Positions 50,025 through 60,736 are shown, counted from the stretch's first letter. The stretch is DNA of 64,000 nucleotides from Salinispira sp. (GCA_965226555.1 CBDDDG010000014.1:192001-256000); one strand, 5' to 3'. Numbers and translations are program-made. Notes: generated by a model not told the origin, from the letters alone.

Positions 50025-51719
50025 ATGATGTATATGATTCTCAGATTGATACTTACCGTAATTGTTGCAGCGCTGGTACTCAGCGGATGCCCAATGCCGG
50101 AGGCTCCCCCTGCCATGTTTGCGCCAGCCCTCATAGCGGGAGACGGACAACTTACAGCCTCATGGGCTGAGCTCACCGCTATATGGAATGCGGTAATCGA
50201 CAAGCCGGGCAACGCCATTACCTCGTACAACCTCCGCTATGGTGAATTTGGCAGCGAAAGCTGGACGGAAATTACCTCCGGTATTACCGGCGTAAGCCAC
50301 GTCATTAGCGAGCTGACAAACGGCGTCAGTTATGTTGTTCAGGTACGCGCCGTCAACGCTGGAGGTGCGGGCACGTGGTCAGCATCTTCCAAAGAAACGC
50401 CTCTTGCTTCCCTTCCTGCCGCGCTGGCTGCTCCCACCCTTGTTGCGGGAGACGGTCAACTGACCGTTACATGGACGGCGCCGACTGATACCGGCGGCAG
50501 CGACATTAGCGCATACCACCTGCGCTATAGGGAATACGGCAGCGGAAGCTGGGAAATTATTACCGAAGGCATTGACGGTACAAGCCACGTCATTAGCGAC
50601 CTGACAAACGGCACTGTCTATGAGGTACAGGCGCGAGCGGTCAACGCGGACGGAGGAATTGGCGCATGGTCGGAATCTGCCGCTACACCCCTCTCTCTCC
50701 CCGCCGCTGTTCCTGACGCGCCGGCTGCCCCAACCCTTTATGCGGGCACTGGGCGGATCGTTGCGAGATGGGCTGCGCCGGACGATAACGGCAGCGCCAT
50801 TACCGGGTATGAGCTGATATATCGCGAAGTCGGCGTAACCGCATGGACGGCTGCTTCCGGCTTCACCGGCACAGACCACACCTACGCCATGACAAACCTG
50901 ACAAACGGTGCTCTCTACCACGTGCATGCGCGCGCCTTCAACGCGGAGGGCACTGGACCCTGGTCTGCACCCGCAACGGAATCGCCGATATCATTTTCTC
51001 GGATAGGGACTCCTACAGAGGAGGAAAATTCTATAAGAATTTTGGCTGCCGATAATGCCATTAATACTGCCAGTATTGCCAATGAGAACCTCAGCATTTT
51101 ATTGACCATGGGTACTCACGCGGTCAATGGAGGAGACATTACGATAAGCACCGTAACTCCGCCCGGAATGGTCACCCCGCCGACAGTTAATGCGAGTACC
51201 GGAATTGTTACGGTTACCGCGGGTACAACGGCAGGAACATATCTGGTATATGGTGAAACAGAAACCGGAGACATAGTCTTTGCCGAGTATCTCTATGTTA
51301 CCGAGAGTCCAACATCTAACGCTGAACTGAGCGCAGCGGTAACTACGGGAATATCAACATGGGGCAATACTGGCAATTTCAACTACATTATTACCACGGC
51401 AGTAACGAATATGAGCGCTACCTTCGCTAACAAAAACACATTCAATGGCGATATCTCGCTCTGGGATACTACAGCGGTAACGACTATGAACAGTATGTTC
51501 CAGTTTGCATCCGTTTTCAATATCGATATCTCCGACTGGGATGTCAGTAATGTAATGAATATGGGCAGGATATTCGATGGTGCAAGCGCATTCAGTCAAG
51601 ATCTTGAGGAATGGGGGGAGCATCTGACGCTTAATGACAGTGGCAAATATACCGGAACCAAAAACAATATGTTTACAAGTTCCGGTGTGACAGGTAGTCT
51701 GGTGCCGTCATGGTATTAG
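50025..51719 (+). CDS. Lipoprotein with three fibronectin type III domains and C-terminal BspA/DUF285 repeats
   Basis: LSGC lipobox; LTNG..Y.VQ.RAVN..G.G.WS three times; FNGDISLWDT, FNIDISDWDVS. Confidence 0.88.
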   Translation: MMYMILRLILTVIVAALVLSGCPMPEAPPAMFAPALIAGDGQLTASWAELTAIWNAVIDKPGNAITSYNLRYGEFGSESWTEITSGITGVSHVISELTNGVSYVVQVRAVNAGGAGTWSASSKETPLASLPAALAAPTLVAGDGQLTVTWTAPTDTGGSDISAYHLRYREYGSGSWEIITEGIDGTSHVISDLTNGTVYEVQARAVNADGGIGAWSESAATPLSLPAAVPDAPAAPTLYAGTGRIVARWAAPDDNGSAITGYELIYREVGVTAWTAASGFTGTDHTYAMTNLTNGALYHVHARAFNAEGTGPWSAPATESPISFSRIGTPTEEENSIRILAADNAINTASIANENLSILLTMGTHAVNGGDITISTVTPPGMVTPPTVNASTGIVTVTAGTTAGTYLVYGETETGDIVFAEYLYVTESPTSNAELSAAVTTGISTWGNTGNFNYIITTAVTNMSATFANKNTFNGDISLWDTTAVTTMNSMFQFASVFNIDISDWDVSNVMNMGRIFDGASAFSQDLEEWGEHLTLNDSGKYTGTKNNMFTSSGVTGSLVPSWY

Positions 51720-51773
51720 TTTCATAGCCCATAGCCCGCAGCGGCTAATGAAACATGGCAATTCAACTCAGGC

Positions 51774-51815
51774 GCAGGCATGGGGCGCAGACCAGCCCCG
51801 TGCCTGCCTTTTTTT
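51774..51815 (+). terminator. Rho-independent terminator
   Basis: GCAGGCATGGGGC...GCCCCGTGCCTGC followed by T7. Confidence 0.75.
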
Positions 51816-51929
51816 GATTGCTCGCCCATGCGACTGTTGCTGAGACGGGGGCTGGTCGGAGATCCGCCGAGCCTGCTCGCCCGGGCAATCCGGCTCGCCA
51901 TGCGGCGGATCAGGTTAATATCTCATGTG

Positions 51930-52070
51930 GAATGCTGTCTTTGTGCTGAGCATTCTCCTATTTTATAGAAAGTTTCTATACCTTGAGAGAATCAAGAATA
52001 TTACAAAGTTTTGCCTGTGGCAAAACTTTGTAACATCCCCAAAATAATAGAAACTTTTTGAAAAACTTTC
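51930..52070. repeat. Hairpin repeat cluster
   Basis: GAATGCT..AGCATTC, TATAGAAAGTTTCTATA, AAAGTTTTGCC-TGT-GGCAAAACTTT. Confidence 0.8.
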
Positions 52071-52107
52071 TCATATTCACCATTCATATTTCACCCGTCT
52101 ATATGGT

Positions 52108-52344
52108 ATGAGCAAAAAATATATCGGCATGGTACATGACAAAAGTTGGAAATATGCTTTCGAAAATTCTCAGATATTCCGGAACTTCATATATTCATAC
52201 TTCAACAAGGACCTCGCGCTGAGCATTGTTCCAGGGAGCATAGAGCGTATCGACTCAGAGCATACCAGCCCCTCCTCATTCCTGTCTCCCCGAAAAAAAT
52301 CACACATTTTGCAAAATTCTTTCAAATTCTCTCAAAAAACATAG
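52108..52344 (+). pseudogene. Rpn-family N-terminal fragment fused to an upstream module shared with other Rpn loci
   Basis: MSKKYIGMVHDKSWKYAFENSQIFRNF...ERIDSEH, then sequence homologous to 9090-9190 and 11050-11145. Confidence 0.7.
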
Positions 52345-52443
52345 TCAAAAATGACTTTTTACCCGTCACAGATTATAGAGGGGAGAATTCACCATGGGAC
52401 CATGTCGCCATGGGAGCTCCCCTATTCAGAAAGAAACGTTCAG

Positions 52444-52495
52444 AAATTTTTGCATTGGAAAATTGTGCTTGCACAATTTCCAGTAGCAAAACTTT
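52444..52495. repeat. 52-bp palindromic element flanked by CGTTCAG direct repeats
   Basis: CGTTCAG at 52437-52443 and 52496-52502, just before the AGGAGG SD. Confidence 0.8.
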
Positions 52496-52512
52496 CGTTC
52501 AGGAGGAATTAT

Positions 52513-53577
52513 ATGATCGATTTCAAAGAAAAACCCGCCCCCGTTCCCTACGACCAAGGCTACCGCTCCCTGCTGTTCCAACCCGCAATAATGCTCCAAT
52601 TTCTTCAACGCTTTGTCGGAGGCGCATGGACGAAAAAACTGCGAACCGAGGACATAACCATTGAAAACGGTACCTTTTTCATCGACCATGCGAAAACACG
52701 GATGGCCGACATCGTCTGCAAAATCAGAACTCGGGATCACACGGGAGATGTTGTCATTTATGTGCTCCTTGAGCATCAGTCTGGAGTGGACAAAGACATG
52801 CCCCTCCGCATGTCGGAGTACACGAATCTGCTCTATCGGAACATTCATCGCTCCGGAGCAATTCCCGATGACTGCGAATTGATATTTCTGCCCATTGTGT
52901 TCTATAATGGCACGAGAAAATGGAAGGTGCCCGGGAATGTCAGGGAGCAACGGAAGCGGGAATTCCCGCAGTATCTTGCCCCCTTTCCTTACGATCTTAT
53001 TAGCGAGAGCGATTATTCTGCGGAGCAGTTGCAGCAGCGGGGAAGAATGTTTGCGGCTGTTATGTACCTTGATCTGTACTCGAAAAATCTGCTGAATACG
53101 GATTGGGACATTCGGATAGTAGAGAAAGCGATAGCAGAAATGCTGAATGAGGAATCGCTGGAGCTGATAAAGGAATTTATCGGCGTGGTAGATTCGATGT
53201 TCGGAATTGTTATAGACTTTGACACGCTAATGAACCAGTTAGAAAGAACAAAAGAACCGAGAGGTAAGGAGGTAGCGAAAATGTTCAGAATGAATGCGGA
53301 AACATTCAAAGCCCGCATTGCGGAAATGGGTCGGCAGGAAGGCCGCGAAGAAGGACTTCAGACAGGTCGGCAGGAAGGATTGCAAGAAGGACTTCAAACA
53401 GGATTGCAGACAGGTCGGCAGGAAGGACTACAGACAGGCCGCGCGGAGGGGCATATTGAGGAACGGAGAAAAAACGCCCGCAGTATGTTTTTGGAAGGGT
53501 TGTCGACAGAGGCTGTTCAGAGGATTACCGGGCTGAGCGATGAGGAAATGCGGACAGTGCGGAACGGATCGCATTAA
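52513..53577 (+). CDS. Rpn/YhgA-like nuclease, intact; RpnS-like internal ORF 53281-53577
   Basis: YDQGYR, ADIV, LLEHQS..DKDMPLRM, PIVFYNG; internal TAAGGAGGT at 53265-53273 then ATG at 53281. Confidence 0.88.
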   Translation: MIDFKEKPAPVPYDQGYRSLLFQPAIMLQFLQRFVGGAWTKKLRTEDITIENGTFFIDHAKTRMADIVCKIRTRDHTGDVVIYVLLEHQSGVDKDMPLRMSEYTNLLYRNIHRSGAIPDDCELIFLPIVFYNGTRKWKVPGNVREQRKREFPQYLAPFPYDLISESDYSAEQLQQRGRMFAAVMYLDLYSKNLLNTDWDIRIVEKAIAEMLNEESLELIKEFIGVVDSMFGIVIDFDTLMNQLERTKEPRGKEVAKMFRMNAETFKARIAEMGRQEGREEGLQTGRQEGLQEGLQTGLQTGRQEGLQTGRAEGHIEERRKNARSMFLEGLSTEAVQRITGLSDEEMRTVRNGSH

Positions 53578-53725
53578 TTGGCGCTGCTCGGCCTGCGTGC
53601 AGAGCGGATAATATCAACATTTTGCTCAACCTCACATACCAGTTCCTTCAGGAATGCTCAGATATTTCGGAACTTCATCTGGAAAGTTCTGCGGTTTGCA
53701 TGTATATAATCCATGAAGGAATGAA

Positions 53726-54889
53726 TTGATGCACGTAGATAACATTATAGTTGGAGCGGGGCCAATTGGTATTGAGCTCGCGGCAAATTTTGCGCGCCTT
53801 GGTCTTTCATGGATACATTTTGAACAGGGATCCCTTGCCGATACTATTTATCGCTGGCCGAAAAACACGCCGTTTTTCAGCAGCCCCGAACGGGTTGCTA
53901 TTGCCGGTATACCGCTGCACAGCACTCATCAGAGTATGCTTACCGGTGAGGAATACATGGCCTATCTGCGGGGAGTTGTTGAGTATTTTGATCTGGATAT
54001 CCGGCTTGAGCACCGGGTTATTTCTGCCCGGCGAGGCAAAAATGAGGAAGCGGCCTTCGTACTGAGGGGAGAACACAGGGGCAGAAGAGAAGCCTACAGC
54101 TGTAACAAGCTTTTTCTTGTTCATGGGAACATGCACGAACATCGCCGGCTTGGTATTCCCGGAGAAGATCTGCCTCACGTTGATCATTATCATGATGATG
54201 TACACCGCTATTTCCGCAGTCGGCTCCTCATTGTCGGGGCGCGGAATTCCGGAGTTGAGGCAGCAATTCGGGCATGGAGGGCAGGAGCCGAAGTAACACT
54301 TCTTCAGCGTAAACCTGCCCTTGAAGAAAAACGGCTGAACAGCCGGTATTTTCTTGAAATATCCATTCTCATCAGAAAGAAAAAAATCACCTTTATTCCC
54401 GGCGCCGAACTCTGTGAAATTACCCGCAATGGAGTGAAGTATCGGCAAAATCGGATCGACCCCGCCAGCGCAGCCAAGGCCGACATCGCACATTCAGAGG
54501 AATCGCGTTCGCCACATTCCCTAAGTCCTCATAAAACCGAAGCGGCGGTACAGGAAAGAATGGCCGATTTTGTTCTGCTCTGCACAGGTTTTGAAAAGGA
54601 CATCAGTCTGCTCCGTGAACTTGGGGTTGAGCTTGATGATGAACTGCGCCCGAACCTTAATCCGCAGACCATGGAGACCAATGTGCCCGGGCTGTATCTC
54701 GCGGGAACTGCCGCAGGGGGCGGAGTGCGGTCATATCGGATTTTTGTCGGCACCAGCCATGTTCATGTTGAGCGTATTATACGCGCCGCCTGCTCTGCGA
54801 AGGCAGTTGTGGGGGGCTACGCCCCTCGGGTATACCCCTTCAATTATCACGATCTTGAACCGGTGGAAGGAAAGGCGGAATACGATTGA
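53726..54889 (+). CDS. YpdA-like NAD(P)/FAD oxidoreductase (thioredoxin reductase-like)
   Basis: IVGAGPIG, FFSS.ER, LGIPGEDLPHV.HY, METNVPGLYLAG. Confidence 0.8.
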   Translation: MMHVDNIIVGAGPIGIELAANFARLGLSWIHFEQGSLADTIYRWPKNTPFFSSPERVAIAGIPLHSTHQSMLTGEEYMAYLRGVVEYFDLDIRLEHRVISARRGKNEEAAFVLRGEHRGRREAYSCNKLFLVHGNMHEHRRLGIPGEDLPHVDHYHDDVHRYFRSRLLIVGARNSGVEAAIRAWRAGAEVTLLQRKPALEEKRLNSRYFLEISILIRKKKITFIPGAELCEITRNGVKYRQNRIDPASAAKADIAHSEESRSPHSLSPHKTEAAVQERMADFVLLCTGFEKDISLLRELGVELDDELRPNLNPQTMETNVPGLYLAGTAAGGGVRSYRIFVGTSHVHVERIIRAACSAKAVVGGYAPRVYPFNYHDLEPVEGKAEYD

Positions 54890-54902
54890 TATTGTTTTCC
54901 TT

Positions 54903-55196
54903 CTACGCCCCTCGAACAAAATCGATGAGCACGATCATTGCCGGAATAAACACTGAGATCCCAATGAGCCAGTTTCTGTTACTTTTCCTGACATCATCGA
55001 CACTTTTCTTAACCCCGGCAATATCCGCAATAATACATTTTTGATTCGCTTCGAGAGTCGCGACCTGCGCCGTCATGGAAAGCTGCCATTCCTTATCTAT
55101 TCCATAGGCTCTGCTCACCGGATGTTTCCTCGCCGACTTTTTCCGTTCTCCTGATGCTTCCCGCGTTACACTTAAAGACATGCGCACCTCCTCCAT
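54903..55196 (-). CDS. Small coiled-coil protein with a C-terminal TM helix
   Basis: GGAGG before MSLSV suggests a start a few codons inside the ORF; WLIGISVFIPAMIVLI TM. Confidence 0.5.
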   Translation of the reverse strand: MEEVRMSLSVTREASGERKKSARKHPVSRAYGIDKEWQLSMTAQVATLEANQKCIIADIAGVKKSVDDVRKSNRNWLIGISVFIPAMIVLIDFVRGA

Positions 55197-55251
55197 GTGC
55201 TATAAATATAGCCATTTTTACATAATGTGTCAATGCAATGTTCTATTATGT

Positions 55252-56717
55252 CAGAACTTCCCCAACAATTTTTTTGACGGGATTTTGACAGAATAATGGA
55301 GGGAGATTTTGCCCCTTGAGCAGTGAGTATGTGGCGGGAATACCGGGCGCATAGACCACCCCCGCCGCAGAACCGCTGGTCTGCGTTGATTGTGTGTCGG
55401 TTATATGCAAGAAATCAACTCGGTAGACTGCCCTCGAAAACGACCGATTGTTCACTACTTAGCTCAACACAGACATCCCTCCTGTGCGAATCTGCCATTT
55501 TATTCCCTTCCATATCCACCGCCCTGTTATTTTCCATGTTCGCTTAACAGGAAGCGTTTTTGTTACGACGCTCGCCAGCACATGGTTGATACTGGTGAGA
55601 AAATTGACCCCCATGGCAATGCAGCACAACAAACACACAGCGGCGATCTTGTTATGCGTCCGCACTCTCTTGGTGCCGGTAAGATACGACATGCGCTTAA
55701 ACTCATCATTCTCTATGCTCCACCGCAGGTGCGCAGCTTCCCGCGCAGCAGGCAATGACAGATGTACATCACTCGTAATTACCCAGAACGTCTCCTTCCC
55801 TTCAGTGACCCGCAGCACCAGCACCGGCACACCATGCCATTCGTCAGGCACTGCCTCAATCTGGTAACTCGTTGATCGTTGATAATCATACCCGCTCGCG
55901 GTTTGGACTGCATCACTATAGAACCCCTGATGTTCCATATAGCGGGCTGCGCGATCAAGGAGCAACCGCTCATGTTTCCGCGGAGTGCCATCCCGCTTTA
56001 CCGAACGAAATTTCACCAGAATATGACGCTTTAATTTTGCGCAGATCAGATGAAGAAAGGGCTCACACAGGTAGAGCCCATCGAAACTTAACAATTGCGG
56101 CAGGGTATCTCCTTCCCTCAAAAGCATTTCTTCAGACCCGCGCAGTTCGTGCCCTCTGCCCTTCATCGGTCTCACAACCTGCACATACGTTCCTGTCTTT
56201 GTCGGTCGCGCCAGCACGGTGAACCAGACGCTCCCGAAGACACAGGTGCCATCGACAATACCGATACTCCGATGAACTCCCGTGTCCAAATAACACGATT
56301 CTTCAGTGTCACTCACTGACAACTTCATACTGGTTCCCACCATCGTCGTCCACTTCATCCGGTATGATCTGAGAAATCACCCGTTGTATGGTGCTGTCGG
56401 AACCGACCATATACCGTTTGCTGCCGAGTAACTTCCGAACATGTTTATTCCGAGCCAGATAATCGAGATCAAACAGACTCTTGCATGAAAAATAATGGCA
56501 TCGATATAATGAGAGCCATTATTTGTGATAGCTGAACAACCGGTCGTTTCCGAGGGTCGGTTAAATTGGTTGTTTTTCAGCATCTGTCCGAGCCTTTGAA
56601 TAAAGGTTCGGGCAACACTTTTTTTCTGAGAACACATAGTCCCCCTCCCATAGTAGATCATAAATGTGTATGAGAATTCCTGCAATGGTCTGAAAAAAAC
56701 TTGTTGGGGAAGTTCTG
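55252..56717 (-). mobile_element. IS with a DDE (IS4-superfamily-like) transposase, 1466 bp
   Basis: 17-bp TIR CAGAACTTCCCCAACAA; 9-bp duplication CTATTATGT at 55243-55251 and 56718-56726. Confidence 0.9.
55459..56637 (-). pseudogene. DDE transposase interrupted by an in-frame TGA at 56377-56379
   Basis: IVDGT, FDGLY, RWSIENDEFK. Confidence 0.75.
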
Positions 56718-56855
56718 CTATTATGTAACCCGACCCTCTGCGCTCCCGACCATCCTGCATCGCCAAAAAAATACAGCGGAAAGAGCTTGACAGAATTGTT
56801 AACATGGATTAACTATATTACATTGTTTAATTGAAAGCTTATTGTAGGAGGATGC

Positions 56856-57884
56856 ATGCGGCACACATTATTTTTGCTGATATTCATTGCGCTGATTTCT
56901 CCGGTGCTTTGTGCCGGCGGGTCGGGTGAGGAGACGGAACAGGTAAACGTGTACAGTCATCGTCACTATGATGCCGATCAGAAACTATTCGACCAGTTTA
57001 CCGCAGAAACGGGGATTCAGGTACATGTGGTGAAGGCAGGCGCCGATGAACTCATTGAACGTCTTCGTGCGGAAGGCGAGCGGAGCCCTGCCGATTTTCT
57101 CATTACTGTCGATGTCAGCCGTCTCTACCGGGCAAAACAGCTTGGGCTCTTTCAGGCAGTTTCATCGCCCCTGCTTAACAGGATCGTTCCGGCTCATCTC
57201 CGCGATCCGGACGGATACTGGTATGCTCTCACAAAGCGCGCGCGGGTCATTGTCGTTGATAGATCGCGCCGAGCCGTAGAACGTATGGATTATGAAGATT
57301 TGGCGCATTCTGCTCTGGACGGCACAGTCCTTATCCGCAGCAGCTCAAATGTGTATAATATCAGCCTCCTTGCTTCCATTATCGCGCATAATGGGGAAAC
57401 TGCCGCCCGTTCTTGGGCACAGGGAGTGGTTGCGCATATGGCGCGGCCGCCGCAGGGAAATGACCGTGATCAGATGAAGGCTCTTGTTGCCGGTGTGGGA
57501 GATTATGCTGTTGTCAACACCTATTATATTGGTCTGCTGCGTAATTCTGATGATCCTGCCGAACAGGCGGTGGGTGAAAAAATTGGGGTGATTTTTCCTA
57601 ATCAGGATAACAGGGGAACCCATGTAAATGTAAGCGGCGCGGGGGTCACTCGTCATGCGCCGAACCGAGACAATGCCCTGCGGCTTATGGAATTTCTTCT
57701 GAGTGAAGAAGCGCAGAAGGTCTACGCCGAACAAAATTATGAATATCCGGTAAATCCCAATGTTGTACCGGGGGAACTCGTGAGGACTTGGGGAACATTT
57801 ATTGAGGACTCTCTTAAACTCAATGAAATTGGAAGGGAGTATGATCAGGCGCTCCGCATATTCGATTCCGCGGGTTGGAAATAG
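56856..57884 (+). CDS. Fe3+ ABC transporter substrate-binding protein (FutA/FbpA type)
   Basis: VYSHRHY, EGERSPAD, GNDRDQ, NTYY, GTHVNVSG, NYEYP. Confidence 0.92.
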   Translation: MRHTLFLLIFIALISPVLCAGGSGEETEQVNVYSHRHYDADQKLFDQFTAETGIQVHVVKAGADELIERLRAEGERSPADFLITVDVSRLYRAKQLGLFQAVSSPLLNRIVPAHLRDPDGYWYALTKRARVIVVDRSRRAVERMDYEDLAHSALDGTVLIRSSSNVYNISLLASIIAHNGETAARSWAQGVVAHMARPPQGNDRDQMKALVAGVGDYAVVNTYYIGLLRNSDDPAEQAVGEKIGVIFPNQDNRGTHVNVSGAGVTRHAPNRDNALRLMEFLLSEEAQKVYAEQNYEYPVNPNVVPGELVRTWGTFIEDSLKLNEIGREYDQALRIFDSAGWK

Positions 57885-57893
57885 GAGAGAGTT

Positions 57894-59603
57894 TTGCAGG
57901 ATCGTAAGCTCCGACCAGCCCGGACGCATGGCGAGCAGGAGCGTAAGCTCCGACCAGCCCGGACGCATGGCGAGCAGGAGCGCAAGCTCCGACCAGCCCG
58001 GACGCATGGCGAGCAGGAGCGCAAGCTCCGACCAGCCCGGATGTGGAGCATTGCCCTCATCATTATCTGCGCATTCCTCCTCTTACCGCTTATTACTCCT
58101 CTGTTGGCGGTGTTTTCTCCTGTTTCCGAACTCTGGCGCTACTTTGCCGATACCCTCCTGTGGACCTATACCCTCGATACCATTATTCTCTGCGCAGGAG
58201 TGCTGTTTTGCGCAAGCATTCTCGGCCTTGTGCCGGCATGGCTCCTCAGCCGATACCGAGTACCCTTCCGCAATGTTCTTGAAACAATCCTCATATTGCC
58301 GCTCGCCCTTCCTGCCTACATAACCGCCTATGCCTATTCAGGAACATTCGACTTTCACGGCCCCCTCTGGAAGCTGGGAACCCAGCTTGGTATTTCCGCG
58401 GAACTGCTGGGCAGGTTCGGCATAGGTAACATGGCGGGGCTTATTTTCATTATGAGCAGCGCATTATATCCCTACGTATTTCTCATTGTACGCGGCAGCC
58501 TTCGCTTTCAGCTCACCTCACCGCTCAACGCCGCCCAGAGCCTGGGGGCTGGTCAAATCCGGCAGTTCTTCGGACTTTCTCTCCCGCTGTGCCGACCCGC
58601 CCTCTTTGGCGCTCTGGGCATTGTGCTTATGGAAACGCTCAACGAATACGGAGCTGTGGACTATCTGGGGCAAACGACCCTCTCAACAGGCATATTCAGA
58701 ATCTGGTTTGGTCATTACGATCTTCCTGCTGCGCAGCGTCTGGGCGGGCTTCTTCTGTTTACGGTGTTCATTCTTCTTGCAGCTGAAGGTTTTCTGCGGG
58801 GAGGGCGGCAGTATGATCCGAAAAACCGCAGAGAACTCGAAAAACTTCCCTGTTCACCGGCGAAGGCGGGGCTTTTCTGCATCATTTCCCTTCTTCCCGC
58901 GCTGCTCGGCTTCTTTTTTCCGCTTCTCCAGCTTGCGGTCTGGGTTCCGCGGGCGCTCCCCGGCGCGCAGTGGAGCGATCTCCTCGAAGGTCTGCTAAAC
59001 ACGCTGCAGTTGGCAGTCTTCACCGGATTTTTCATTACCGTTTTGGGCGTCCTTGTTTCGTTCATGCGGAAAGTTGAGAAAAACGCTTTTCTGCGCAAAA
59101 TTTCCGACCTTTCCCTGCTGGGCTACAGTTTGCCCGGCTCAATTATTGCGTTGGGGATGCTCGGCATCAGTCGGGGGCTGACGAACATGAATGTTCCCAT
59201 CGTGCTGAGCGGAAGCATATTCCTTCTCATCTATGCCTATGTTGTTCGGTTTCTTGCGCTGAGTCAACGATCCATATCTGCCGTCATGCTGCATCAGCTC
59301 AAAACACAGGATGATGCAAGCCGCAGCCTCGGCTACAGTTCTTGGCAGACACTTCTGAGAGTTCATCTGCCGAATCTCAAGCTGCCGATACGCGCTGCGC
59401 TATCGGTTATTTTTCTGGAAACAATAAAAGAACTGCCGCTGACCATTATCCTGCGTCCCTTCAATTTTCAGACCCTCGCCGTCCGTTCCTATCAGCTTGC
59501 TTCCGATGAAATGATTCAGGAAGCATCGATCCCATCGTTGCTGCTTGTCATTGTTGCGGTATGTGCTATGTTCATACTGCGGAGAAATGCGGAGGCAGAA
59601 TGA
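57894..59603 (+). CDS. Fe3+ ABC transporter permease (FbpB type)
   Basis: LPLALPAYI, LYPYV, METLNEYG, KELPLT..LRPFNF; N-terminal 14-aa repeats; start uncertain. Confidence 0.9.
   Translation: MQDRKLRPARTHGEQERKLRPARTHGEQERKLRPARTHGEQERKLRPARMWSIALIIICAFLLLPLITPLLAVFSPVSELWRYFADTLLWTYTLDTIILCAGVLFCASILGLVPAWLLSRYRVPFRNVLETILILPLALPAYITAYAYSGTFDFHGPLWKLGTQLGISAELLGRFGIGNMAGLIFIMSSALYPYVFLIVRGSLRFQLTSPLNAAQSLGAGQIRQFFGLSLPLCRPALFGALGIVLMETLNEYGAVDYLGQTTLSTGIFRIWFGHYDLPAAQRLGGLLLFTVFILLAAEGFLRGGRQYDPKNRRELEKLPCSPAKAGLFCIISLLPALLGFFFPLLQLAVWVPRALPGAQWSDLLEGLLNTLQLAVFTGFFITVLGVLVSFMRKVEKNAFLRKISDLSLLGYSLPGSIIALGMLGISRGLTNMNVPIVLSGSIFLLIYAYVVRFLALSQRSISAVMLHQLKTQDDASRSLGYSSWQTLLRVHLPNLKLPIRAALSVIFLETIKELPLTIILRPFNFQTLAVRSYQLASDEMIQEASIPSLLLVIVAVCAMFILRRNAEAE
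57903..58041 (+). repeat. 42-bp tandem repeat (about 3.3 copies)
   Basis: AAGCTCCGACCAGCCCGGACGCATGGCGAGCAGGAGCG units; related to dispersed repeats near 7520, 11380 and 63640. Confidence 0.9.
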
Positions 59604-60634
59604 TGGTGATGGTGATGCAGGAAGAAGCGTTTATCCGAATCCAGAATGTTTCACGGAGCTTTGCCGGGTATTCCGCGGTTGATGCAGTGAATCTGCGCCT
59701 GCCGAAGGGTATAATTCATGCCCTCACGGGTGAATCGGGTTCGGGAAAAACCACGCTGCTCCGGCTTATTGCGGGTTTTGAAATTCCCGATTCCGGTTCC
59801 ATAACAGTTGGGGAACGCATTCTCACCGATCAGGCAAGGGGAATTATGCTTTTACCGGAAAAGCGGCAGGTCGGCATGGTTTTTCAGGAAAATAACCTCT
59901 TTCCTCATCTCACGGTGGCGCAGAACATTGCCTATGGAGTGGAGAAGCGGCACCGCAGGGCACGCGTGGAAAAACTCCTGAATCTTGTGCATCTTGAGCC
60001 CTACGCAGGGAGATATCCGCATCAAATATCTGGAGGACAGGCGCAAAGAGTCGCTCTCGCCCGCGCCCTTGCGCCGGAACCCGACCTTCTGCTCATGGAT
60101 GAACCCTTCAGCAGCCTCGATCATCGGTTGAAAACCCATCTCCTGCCGGAAATTAAACGAACTATTCAGACAGTTGGAATAACGACCATCTTTGTCAGCC
60201 ACGATAGAAACGAGGTCTTCGATCTTGCGGATGAGATCAGTGTTATGCGGGACGGCGCAATAGTGCAGAGCGGCAAGCCCCGGCAGCTTTATGAGCGGCC
60301 GGTAAGCTGCTATGTGGCAGATTTTCTCGGTGAGGCAAATTTTCTTCATGGACAGGACGATACTCTCATGATTCGTCCCGAACACATTTACATCGGGCAG
60401 CTCTCATCGGAGGGAGGGCAATCTATCAGTTCGGCGGCGCGGATTATCGAATGTTATTATCGTGGAAACTATCATGAATATTGGGCTGAAGCTGAATTTC
60501 CCGATCTGAACATACAAACACCCCTCATACTTCAAATTCGCCATAACCAGAACATGGGAAGTGAGAATTTGAAGGTCGGCGACAACTGCCTCATTAGTTT
60601 TTACCGTGAAAACCTGCTCTCCTTAAAAAAATAA
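59601..60634 (+). CDS. Fe3+ ABC transporter ATP-binding protein (FbpC type)
   Basis: GESGSGKT, ISGGQAQR, MDEPF, SHD; start approximate (ORF open from 59561). Confidence 0.9.
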
Positions 60635-60736
60635 TTTTCTCCGCACACTTTCTAAAAGTTTTTGTACTTTTTTCGTGCAATTTTTTAAATATGAACCATA
60701 CTCTTTAGTAGAAAAAATCTCTAAAAGGAGTAATGT

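Noticed and set aside
52351..52512. N-terminal extension of the Rpn ORF as given in the track
   Set aside because: Runs through an upstream module and the 52-bp element; AGGAGG-ATG at 52513 is the better start
56760..56850. Fur box or promoter upstream of the iron ABC operon
   Set aside because: TTGACA is present, but there is no well-spaced -10 or convincing Fur consensus
57903..58041. 42-bp repeats as CRISPR
   Set aside because: Head-to-tail tandem units without spacers
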